This document shows positions 44,505 through 53,375 of a DNA stretch of 64,000 nucleotides, piece after piece. A program made the position numbers and the translations under genes. Source of the DNA: a virus; the IMG/VR virus record IMGVR_UViG_3300020576_004720, positions 7,706 to 71,705 of that record. One strand, written 5' to 3'. The notes under the pieces are model-generated. The model did not search any database. It saw only the letters and a program-made list of their open reading frames with translations, and was not told the origin of the DNA. The stretch's first letter is position 1, and each line of letters opens with the position of its first letter.

Positions 44505-44576
44505 GGGATAGAAAGCAGGGCACTTAGCAACGTCTGTAAAACGTAGGCTCGTGAGTTTCGAGTACTCCCTATCCCA
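44505..44576 (+). tRNA. tRNA-Tyr (GTA)-like, short (72 nt) with a weak D-arm
   Basis: Acceptor GGGATAG/CTATCCC, anticodon stem ACGT/ACGT with loop CTGTAAA, T-arm TGAGT-TTCGAGT-ACTCC. No long variable arm. Confidence 0.5.
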
Positions 44577-44675
44577 CTTTTTCTTTTTATCATCTAATGA
44601 TTAAATATTGTTTACTTCAATAATTAATGTAAAAAATTATTTTTTTATATGAATACTTTTTCATAATTTTGTATT

Positions 44676-45308
44676 ATGATAGATTCAGATTTAAAAAGAT
44701 GTGGAGTTTATAAAATTACAAACTTAAAAAATAATAAGGTATATATCGGTAGTACTACAAAAACATTATATAGTAGAAAAAGGTCCCATTTTTTAAAATT
44801 AAAAAATAATATTCATTTCAATACACATCTTCAGTTGTCATTTAATAAATATGGCGAGAATTTCTTTACATTTGAAATATTGGCAATATGTAAAGAAGAA
44901 CATACAGTAATATTAGAAAATTTCTTTATTAAATTATACTCTTCGCATTTAAAAGATAAAGGTTATAATATGGCTATTCCATTAGAATTACCAGTTCCAA
45001 ATATTTCAAATAAAGGTAAAAAATTTTCTGAAGATCATAAAGAGAAAATATCATATTCATTAAAAAGAAATTGCTATTGGAAAAATAAAAAACAGCCTCA
45101 ATCTATGATCTCTAAAAGATCTGAAAAAAATAAAAAACTTATTCAACAAATATGTAAAAGTACTGGTAAAATTTTAAATACCTGGAGTTTTGAAGAAGCC
45201 AAGAAGAATGGTTATTATCCTTCTGCTGCTAGAAATTATATACAGGGCAAGAGAAAGTCTTATAAAGGATTTGATTGGAAAATAATAAAAAAATTATATG
45301 ATAAGTAA
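44676..45308 (+). CDS. GIY-YIG homing endonuclease
   Basis: GVYKITNLKNNKVYIGSTT (GIY-...-YIG) near the N-terminus. Confidence 0.75.
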   Translation: MIDSDLKRCGVYKITNLKNNKVYIGSTTKTLYSRKRSHFLKLKNNIHFNTHLQLSFNKYGENFFTFEILAICKEEHTVILENFFIKLYSSHLKDKGYNMAIPLELPVPNISNKGKKFSEDHKEKISYSLKRNCYWKNKKQPQSMISKRSEKNKKLIQQICKSTGKILNTWSFEEAKKNGYYPSAARNYIQGKRKSYKGFDWKIIKKLYDK

Positions 45309-46143
45309 AAAGGAAATAGAAAAATTTATTTTGGTTCGTAAGGGGTATCTTAAAAAATCTCCACATGTTACATTAGAGGCAATTTGGAAAAGTCTTCCAA
45401 AAACTACTGCTAAAACTATAAAAGAAGCACAAAAAGAACTAGAACTTGTAAAAAGTGTTCAATCTGAGCTTAGAGAAGCTGATAAAATTATTCATTCTAC
45501 ATCAGATCTTGCCTTATTAGAAACCTACAATTTAATACATAAAGAAAGAGAAAGACCTAAAAGAAAACTATTCTTTGACATAGAGGTTAGTCCAAATATT
45601 GTAACTTCTTGGAGAATTGGTTCAGATATAAAACTTTCACATGAAAATATTATACAAGAAAGGGCGGTCATATGTATTTGTTGGAAATGGTCAGATTCTG
45701 ATAAAGTAGAATCTTTACAATGGAAAGATGGAGATGATTATGAAATGTTAGTAAAATTTGCTAAAATCATAGATTCTGCAGATGAAACAGTTACTCAAAA
45801 TGGAGATTCTTTTGATATTAAATGGTTGAGAACTAGATGTTTATATCATAGAATTGAACTCTCTCCAAAGTTTAACTCTATAGATACTTTAAAAATGGCA
45901 AGAGCAGGTTTTAAATTTAATTCAAATAAACTTGATTATATGGGACAATTCCTAGGTCTTGGTGAAAAAATTAAAACTGAACCAGATTTATGGAAAAATA
46001 TTGTACTAAAGAATTGTAAAGTATCTATGAAAAAAATGATAGATTATTGTAAACAGGATGTAAATCTTTTAGAACTAGTTTATAATGAATTACAAAGTTA
46101 CTCACCTATTAAAAAGTTTAAATATAAGATCCCTCTGAAGTGA
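45298..46143 (+). CDS. DEDDy-type 3'-5' exonuclease (DnaQ/family-B proofreading-like), standalone
   Basis: Exo I LFFDIEV, Exo II NGDSFDIKWL, Exo III YCKQDVNLLELVY. Confidence 0.6.
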   Translation: MISKKEIEKFILVRKGYLKKSPHVTLEAIWKSLPKTTAKTIKEAQKELELVKSVQSELREADKIIHSTSDLALLETYNLIHKERERPKRKLFFDIEVSPNIVTSWRIGSDIKLSHENIIQERAVICICWKWSDSDKVESLQWKDGDDYEMLVKFAKIIDSADETVTQNGDSFDIKWLRTRCLYHRIELSPKFNSIDTLKMARAGFKFNSNKLDYMGQFLGLGEKIKTEPDLWKNIVLKNCKVSMKKMIDYCKQDVNLLELVYNELQSYSPIKKFKYKIPLK

Positions 46144-46222
46144 GGGATTTTTAATATATCAAATTAATTTTGATTATACACTAAAAATCACTATATTATA
46201 CTAGGAAATTTTAATATTTAGG

Positions 46223-46714
46223 ATGAAAAGAACAGGAAAAAAAGAATTCTCTATAAACATAGTATGTAAGGAGAATTTTGAAGAATTTATAAAAGAATAT
46301 CCAGAACATAAAGATCTGAATTATTCAGATTTCTTACAGAGATGGAAAGAGTTAACAGAAACCCTTCATAGTGAGGTTATTACAAACCCACTTGGAGTAA
46401 AACTTGGTTCTTATTTAGGGGAGTTAAAATACCAATATTTACCTTATAAATTTAAGGCAACTGGACATAATACATTCTCTGAAACAGGTGAAGAAAATAA
46501 TTTTGTAAACCTGAATACAAAAGGAAAAATTGGGGTTATTAAATGGGAAAGAAGGTGGGCTGTAAAGTTTAATAAGATTTTACAGTTTTATGCTTTTGAC
46601 CCATTCAGAAAAATGAATACTATGGCAAAAGCTCATACTGATGAAAACCCTCATATGATAAGAATGTCAAGAATTACAACTGGTGGAAAAAGTGTCTGGA
46701 GACAAAAAATATAA
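46223..46714 (+). CDS. hypothetical protein (163 aa)
   Basis: ORF. Confidence 0.5.
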   Translation: MKRTGKKEFSINIVCKENFEEFIKEYPEHKDLNYSDFLQRWKELTETLHSEVITNPLGVKLGSYLGELKYQYLPYKFKATGHNTFSETGEENNFVNLNTKGKIGVIKWERRWAVKFNKILQFYAFDPFRKMNTMAKAHTDENPHMIRMSRITTGGKSVWRQKI

Positions 46715-46716
46715 AA

Positions 46717-47406
46717 ATGAGTACAAAAAGAAAACATATTGATACCTTTAGACAAATGTTAAAGGAACGAAATATAGATACTAATTACACCAATCAGTAT
46801 TTATATAATGTACTTTTCGACCAAGCAAAATGGTTGATAAAAAGAGAAATAAATAATGGAAATGTTCATAAAAATCCAAAGTTTTTACAAACTTTATCTT
46901 GTTGGGATATAGTTCCATCTTCAACTATTGAAGAGTGTTGTCCAGTAACAGTTAATTGTAAAATATATAGGACTAAGCATCAATTGCCTGAAATGTGGCA
47001 AACTGCAAATGGTCCAGCAATATTCTCAGTTACCTCTGTAGACAACACAACAAACTTTTTTATAACAAACTATAGAACATGGCAGTCCAAAAGACAAGAT
47101 CCTTATCATAAATTACAACCTACAAAGTATGTTTTTTATGAAAATGGTTATTTATGGTTTCCAGAATTTAATCCTCACAAGGTAAATATAAGAGTATTTG
47201 CAGTAGATGACGTTAGATTAATGGATATTAAATGTGAGGATTGTGATACTAATGAGAATGAGTGTATACAATTTCTTGAAACTGAGTTTTTAATACCAGA
47301 TTGGGTTGAAGCAGAAATGTATGCAAAAGCACTTCAGTTACTTGTTCCATTAAAACAGATACCTGAAGACCAACAAATTGATAAAAATGCAAACCGTAAG
47401 CTATAA
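46717..47406 (+). CDS. hypothetical protein (229 aa)
   Basis: ORF. Confidence 0.5.
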   Translation: MSTKRKHIDTFRQMLKERNIDTNYTNQYLYNVLFDQAKWLIKREINNGNVHKNPKFLQTLSCWDIVPSSTIEECCPVTVNCKIYRTKHQLPEMWQTANGPAIFSVTSVDNTTNFFITNYRTWQSKRQDPYHKLQPTKYVFYENGYLWFPEFNPHKVNIRVFAVDDVRLMDIKCEDCDTNENECIQFLETEFLIPDWVEAEMYAKALQLLVPLKQIPEDQQIDKNANRKL

Positions 47407-48248
47407 TGGTAAATAATAAAACAATAGATCATAAACCTATTCAGGAGCTTATAGCCATTGTTAAAAATGACTTTAAGAAATTTGATCTTGAAGGATTAAT
47501 TGATGATGGAAACCTCATCAAATCAGTAATGTATTGTAATGATAAACTTGGTTTAAATATTAGAGAGATAAGAGAAATAGCAATTCCTGTAAATGAGTAT
47601 AAAGCTAAATTACCTCTTGATTTTGAGAAGATGTTTTATGTATGTGCGTTAGAAGCTACAAATACACAAAATGTAACACTTACAAATCCTTTTGATAATA
47701 ATGTAGACCAAGATATTATATATGAAGCATCTTTAGATAGAGAATCTCTTGGATGTGTAGATAACTATAGGGTCCAAATTAAAAGAGAATCTAAACATGT
47801 TGTATATCAATATGGTAATTGGGTTCAACTTGAGGTTGATCCAAGTACTAGTTACTGTCATATAGACTGTCCAAATAAAACAAAGAAAGGTAGGTATAAA
47901 GTAGAGATTGATGGTGAATATATACATACTCCTTTTAGGTCTGGTACTTTATATCTTGTATATATAGGTATGATGAAGGATGAGAATGGTAATATTACAT
48001 TTCCTTTTCATCCATTAATTACACCATATTACGAATGGACTTTGAAAGAAAGTATAGTTAGTACTGCTTTATTTAATAGTGACTCTCCTAATCTTGGTGA
48101 GTTATGGAAATTAGCAAATAGACAAAGACAACTTGCTTGGTTGGATGCATATAATTTTACGACTGAAAAGTCTTATAATGAAACACTCCAAAGAGAAAAG
48201 AAAAAACAATTAGGTTGGTATCATCAATGGTTTAGATATTTTCAATAA
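47406..48248 (+). CDS. hypothetical protein (280 aa)
   Basis: ORF. ATGA-coupled to the upstream gene. Confidence 0.5.
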   Translation: MVNNKTIDHKPIQELIAIVKNDFKKFDLEGLIDDGNLIKSVMYCNDKLGLNIREIREIAIPVNEYKAKLPLDFEKMFYVCALEATNTQNVTLTNPFDNNVDQDIIYEASLDRESLGCVDNYRVQIKRESKHVVYQYGNWVQLEVDPSTSYCHIDCPNKTKKGRYKVEIDGEYIHTPFRSGTLYLVYIGMMKDENGNITFPFHPLITPYYEWTLKESIVSTALFNSDSPNLGELWKLANRQRQLAWLDAYNFTTEKSYNETLQREKKKQLGWYHQWFRYFQ

Positions 48249-48778
48249 TGTTTGATAAACTTGTAGACTTTTTACTAAATTTTATAGAAGATGTTCTTCC
48301 ACTTGTTATTGTGAAAGAATACGATAGAGGTGTACATTTTAGAGGTGGAAAGTTTTTAAAGATTGTTGAGCCAGGAATTTGTTGGAAGATTCCATTTTTA
48401 GATAAAGTAGAAACGAGAACTGTTGTTACTACAACATTAAGTATCCCTACACAATCTTTAACAACAAAAGATGGTAAACAAATAGTTGCAAAGGCAGTTG
48501 TAAAATATAATATCTCTTCTATAAAAGATGTTATATTGGAAGTATATGACCCTGTTGACGCAATATCGGATACTACCCAAGCAATAATAAAAGAACAGGT
48601 TACATCAAGAGCATGGGAAGATGTTACAGACAATGAAACAGATAACACTATTACAAAAAAAGTAAGAGTTGAAGTAAAGAAATGGGGAATAAATGTTGAG
48701 AAAGTAACACTTACAGATATAGGTATAATAAAATCATTAAGATTATTTAATGAGATGTCAAATATTGTAAATGGATAA
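48248..48778 (+). CDS. SPFH / band-7 (stomatin/HflC-like) domain protein
   Basis: VKEYDRGVHFRGGKFLKIVEPGICWKIPFLDKVE...IVAKAVVKYNI matches the SPFH core. Confidence 0.5.
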   Translation: MFDKLVDFLLNFIEDVLPLVIVKEYDRGVHFRGGKFLKIVEPGICWKIPFLDKVETRTVVTTTLSIPTQSLTTKDGKQIVAKAVVKYNISSIKDVILEVYDPVDAISDTTQAIIKEQVTSRAWEDVTDNETDNTITKKVRVEVKKWGINVEKVTLTDIGIIKSLRLFNEMSNIVNG

Positions 48779-51700
48779 TAATTTAAATAAAGTAGATACT
48801 AATGCATTAAATAAACCAGGTCTAGTTACAGACCTGGATTCTTCTTATGTAAATGGTGAATCTTATTCACATGCAAGGAATATTATAAGAGCCAGTAAAG
48901 AAGGTAGTCTTGGAACACTTGGTAACGAACCATCTACTATAAAATCATATTCAGCACCTTACAAAATAATAGGAATAATAGATTTACCAGATGGTAAACA
49001 TCTTGTATTTTCTACAGATAACATTAATTCAGAAATAGGAATAGGAGATCCTTCTACAGATACATATACAAAACTTCTTAATAAAAGTTGTTTAAATTTT
49101 AATACCGATTACCAAATTACAGGTAAAGCTAGAAAGGATTTTAATAAAAGTACTATTGTATATTTTACTGATAAATATAATCCTTTTAGAAGAATAGATT
49201 TATTAACATTACCAAAAATCAAAGATTGCGATGAAATTCTTCTTTTTAAGAATATACAACATCCTTGTATATCAACCAAACAAGGTTTTATTGGAAATTT
49301 ACCAAATGGCGCATATTCCGCTGCTATAGCATATACAATTGATGGAAAAATATATTCTGATTGGTATTCTATTTCTAATAGAAAACTTCTTTATTCTGAC
49401 AATAATACATGTTCATTAGATGTATCTATATCAGATATTGATACAGAATTTGATGAATTTGCATTATGTATAGTAGCGAACTATATTGACCCAGTTACTA
49501 AAGGAGCTACAAAAGTAGCAAAGATAGTAGGATACTATTCTACAAAAGTAAAATCTATAACAGTAACAGATATAAATAATACAACATTTGAGACAATTAA
49601 TTTATCAGATCTTGTTATTAAGAAAAATACATGGGTTAAAGGGGGTATTATTTCTTCTAACTCCAATACTCTTATATTAGGAGACTTGGTAAGAAGGGAT
49701 GAAGAAAATTATCAACTTAAGGCTTTTGAAATAGAAGCAGAATATGTAGTTACTCAAGCACCTATTGATTATTATGAAAATGATGGTGATAATATTGGAT
49801 ACTATAGAGATGAGAACTACGACTTTTATATACAAGGTGTTTATAAAACAGGTGAGTTAACAGATAAATATCACATAGCAGGAAGAAAAGCAAATGCAAA
49901 AGATAGAGACGCTGTCTCCTCTGCAGATGTTTATGAATTAGATAAAAACGTAAAAGATTGTGATATTCCAGAGAAAATCCAAAGATGGATGATAGAAAAT
50001 ACTGCTGGAAAAATGAGGTCTGAAAATAATGAATTTTCTTGTGGTATTAGAGTTATAGGTAGAGGAGAGATGGGGTATTTTGAGAGTACTGACCTCTATC
50101 CTGATAATGAGGAAGTTTATGGAGAAAATGCTAATAAACCAATTAGATACCACAAATTTCCAGATGAGGAGAAAGTTCCTAGATATTCTATAGTTGATGG
50201 AAAAACTTATATTAATATTCTAGGTGTAAGGTTTAAAAATATACCAAAATTTAGTGACCCTGATATAATAGGTTACAAAATCACAAGGTCTGATAGAAAA
50301 GGAGGAAATGGAACAGTTGTATCTAGAGGACTTATAACAAACATGAGAGCTTATGTTGACAAACAAACCAATGAAGAAATACTCTACTCAAACTATACAG
50401 TCAACGACTTATCACCAGATGTATACATATCTGCAAAACAGACAGTGTACAAAAGTGGACGAGAAACTAATTTTGTTCCTCTTTCTGAATATAAAAAAGA
50501 TACCTTTACATTCTATTCACCACATACTTTATTCGAACCTAGATACTCAATCGGGAATGAACTAAAAGTTGAATGTGAAGAAGTTGCAGAGATAACTGGA
50601 CAGTTTGAGATTGTAAAAAATCATCCTAAATTAAAACTTTTAAATCAGTTTTCATTTTGGGCTGCTCTTGCTATTGGTTCATTAGAAGCTTTTTATCAAG
50701 CAAAAGGTTTAGATAAACAAGTTACAGAATCTGTTGATCAAGCTAGTTTTGGGAATGTTCCTACAACAGGAACAGTTGGTGATATAAATTTTGGATTTAA
50801 TTTTCAAACATCTAATTTAAAAACTCAAGGTACAAACATATCAAACCAATATACTTTACTTTCATTATCTTTTAAAGGTATTGCAGATATAATTCAAGAA
50901 CTAAGTAAAGTAAAAGACCTTCCTAAAAAAGGAAGATTATTAAAACAAATAAAATTAGTATTACAGCTTATTGGAAGCGTAGGAATTTCTGTTACTTTAC
51001 TAGCACTAACTGCAATAAAATATGCTAACGAGGTTCTAGATATAATTAATGGTTTTACAGCAAATACTGACTATGTACTCCAATATAATGCATCAGCAGA
51101 ATTTAGAAAATCTACTGCTGCTAAAACAGGAAACAAAAGGAGGGCTATTATTCAATCGAAATATTTACCCTCACAAGTTGTAAGTATTGATAATGAAACA
51201 ATTAATAACTTTAAAAGAGAAAAAGGGGTATATTTAAAATTAAATAAAGAGATTATAGACCCAAGTACTAAAGATAATTCAAGGAATACAATATCTGGAT
51301 TTGGAATATGTAATGATATTAATCAGAAAGTAAAATCACAAGGTTCTGCATACTATGTTACTAACAAAGTAAATAATAGAAATCAATATGGTAGACTTGG
51401 TTCAAGTTCACCTGTATCTATGCACTCTTGTGTATTAAATGATTTTAAAGAAAGTCCAGTATTATATGGAGGAGATTGTATTATTGCAAGAATGTATTTT
51501 TTAAAAAAGATGCAATTCTTTAATCAGAATCTTGCAAACGCAAATTTCCCTGATGGAATAGAATATGATTACAGACTTTATAGAAATATAGGATATCCCA
51601 GATATTGGTTAGATAGCACAAAATATGATTTTTCAGAAATATTTACATTAAAAACTGTAAACTTTTCTACTTTTAATAGAACAACTGCAAATAAACATAA

Positions 51701-53375
51701 TCTTGATTGTAAAAAATCTAAGGATGGAAAAACATTATCTAGAATAGATGATGCTTATATGTATTTGTCAAATAATTGTGCTATTGATTTTATATGTGAA
51801 GCTGACTACAATATTTCATTTAGAGAAGAAAGTGAGCATCCTTTTTATTATCAAAAGAACAAAACATTATCAAAAATATTTGCATCAGATAAACTTGACT
51901 TTGATGAGGAGTTCAAAATAAATAGAGTATACTCTGATTTATATACAACCGAAATATTTGCACCTCAACAAAGGTCAGACTTTGATCCAAAAAACCCTAT
52001 ACCAGTAAATGAACCAAATTCTGTCATATACAGTCTTCCTGCATACAATTTACAGAAGATTGACAACTGGCAGTACTTTTTACCTCTGAACTTTTTTAAC
52101 TTCAGTGAAACTGATTTTGGAAAATTAACAGGTATTCATCCTATAGATCAGGATAGATTAATGTTTTTGTTTACAAAAGCTTCTCCATTTGTATCAATGG
52201 GTAGAAGTTTATTAGAATTATCAGGACAAACTGTAACTATAGGGGATGGTGGTTTATTTGCTCAAGATCCAAGAGAAATAATGCCAACGACAAACAATTT
52301 TGGTGCATCATCTAGTAGACTAGCTTTTGCATCAAATCAGTTTGGAAGATTTTATATCTCTGAAAAGCAAGGAAAAATACTTTCTTTTGGAGAAAATCTT
52401 GATGATATTTCAATGAAAGGAATATCTTTTTGGTGCAAAAATTATATGCCAATATTCTTATATAAATACTTTCCATCTTATACTAAAGATGAAAATACAA
52501 TATCAGGAGTTGGTTACCAAATAGTTTTTGATAACTTTTATGAAACATTGTATATCTCAAAAAGAGATTTTGTACCAGTATCAAATGAAATTATTTGTGA
52601 AAACAATGAATTTTTCTTTAGAGGTGTAAAAGTCTCTTTAAGAGATAGTAAATATTTTAAAGATGTATCATGGACACTCTCTTATTCACCAATGGATAAA
52701 GCATTTGTTTCATGGCATGACTGGCATCCAGACTTAGTTGTTCAAGGGGAAAATCACTTTTATTCTGTAAAAGATAAAACTTTATGGAAACATAATGAAT
52801 CATATGAATCTTTTTGTAATTTCTATGATGTAGAATATCCTTTTGAGATTGAACCTATTTCGGCTACAGGTCAAAATGTAGAGATAATAAGAAGTCTTGA
52901 GTACATATTAGAAGTATACAAATATAAGAACTTTGGAAGAGATAGATTTCATGTTCATCATGAGAACTTTAGTAATTTAATTGTTCATAATTCAGAACAA
53001 ATATCACCATTATTAAATCTCTCATATGGTAATCCTGATCCAGAACAGAATCTAAAATACCCTAAGAAGAGTACAAATTTATCATATGATATTGTATTTT
53101 TTAAAGAAGAGAATAAATATAGAGTAAATCAGTTCTGGGATATAACAAAAGATAGAGGTGAATTTACAAATAATGAGTATCATTTATTCCCTACAGATGA
53201 ATCTGGTTATAAGAATGTAATCAATCCAGTAGCTATAAATATAGATAAACCAGAAGAACAAAGAAAGAAATTTAGACATTACTTTACAAAATTCAGATTG
53301 ATAAAATCTATATCTGGTTCACATAAATTTATATTTAAAATAATAAATATCAAGAAGTTAATAAGCTTACGATGA
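48771..53375 (+). CDS. giant virion-associated protein (1534 aa)
   Basis: Long intact ORF in the second structural block. Confidence 0.55.
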   Translation: MDNNLNKVDTNALNKPGLVTDLDSSYVNGESYSHARNIIRASKEGSLGTLGNEPSTIKSYSAPYKIIGIIDLPDGKHLVFSTDNINSEIGIGDPSTDTYTKLLNKSCLNFNTDYQITGKARKDFNKSTIVYFTDKYNPFRRIDLLTLPKIKDCDEILLFKNIQHPCISTKQGFIGNLPNGAYSAAIAYTIDGKIYSDWYSISNRKLLYSDNNTCSLDVSISDIDTEFDEFALCIVANYIDPVTKGATKVAKIVGYYSTKVKSITVTDINNTTFETINLSDLVIKKNTWVKGGIISSNSNTLILGDLVRRDEENYQLKAFEIEAEYVVTQAPIDYYENDGDNIGYYRDENYDFYIQGVYKTGELTDKYHIAGRKANAKDRDAVSSADVYELDKNVKDCDIPEKIQRWMIENTAGKMRSENNEFSCGIRVIGRGEMGYFESTDLYPDNEEVYGENANKPIRYHKFPDEEKVPRYSIVDGKTYINILGVRFKNIPKFSDPDIIGYKITRSDRKGGNGTVVSRGLITNMRAYVDKQTNEEILYSNYTVNDLSPDVYISAKQTVYKSGRETNFVPLSEYKKDTFTFYSPHTLFEPRYSIGNELKVECEEVAEITGQFEIVKNHPKLKLLNQFSFWAALAIGSLEAFYQAKGLDKQVTESVDQASFGNVPTTGTVGDINFGFNFQTSNLKTQGTNISNQYTLLSLSFKGIADIIQELSKVKDLPKKGRLLKQIKLVLQLIGSVGISVTLLALTAIKYANEVLDIINGFTANTDYVLQYNASAEFRKSTAAKTGNKRRAIIQSKYLPSQVVSIDNETINNFKREKGVYLKLNKEIIDPSTKDNSRNTISGFGICNDINQKVKSQGSAYYVTNKVNNRNQYGRLGSSSPVSMHSCVLNDFKESPVLYGGDCIIARMYFLKKMQFFNQNLANANFPDGIEYDYRLYRNIGYPRYWLDSTKYDFSEIFTLKTVNFSTFNRTTANKHNLDCKKSKDGKTLSRIDDAYMYLSNNCAIDFICEADYNISFREESEHPFYYQKNKTLSKIFASDKLDFDEEFKINRVYSDLYTTEIFAPQQRSDFDPKNPIPVNEPNSVIYSLPAYNLQKIDNWQYFLPLNFFNFSETDFGKLTGIHPIDQDRLMFLFTKASPFVSMGRSLLELSGQTVTIGDGGLFAQDPREIMPTTNNFGASSSRLAFASNQFGRFYISEKQGKILSFGENLDDISMKGISFWCKNYMPIFLYKYFPSYTKDENTISGVGYQIVFDNFYETLYISKRDFVPVSNEIICENNEFFFRGVKVSLRDSKYFKDVSWTLSYSPMDKAFVSWHDWHPDLVVQGENHFYSVKDKTLWKHNESYESFCNFYDVEYPFEIEPISATGQNVEIIRSLEYILEVYKYKNFGRDRFHVHHENFSNLIVHNSEQISPLLNLSYGNPDPEQNLKYPKKSTNLSYDIVFFKEENKYRVNQFWDITKDRGEFTNNEYHLFPTDESGYKNVINPVAINIDKPEEQRKKFRHYFTKFRLIKSISGSHKFIFKIINIKKLISLR

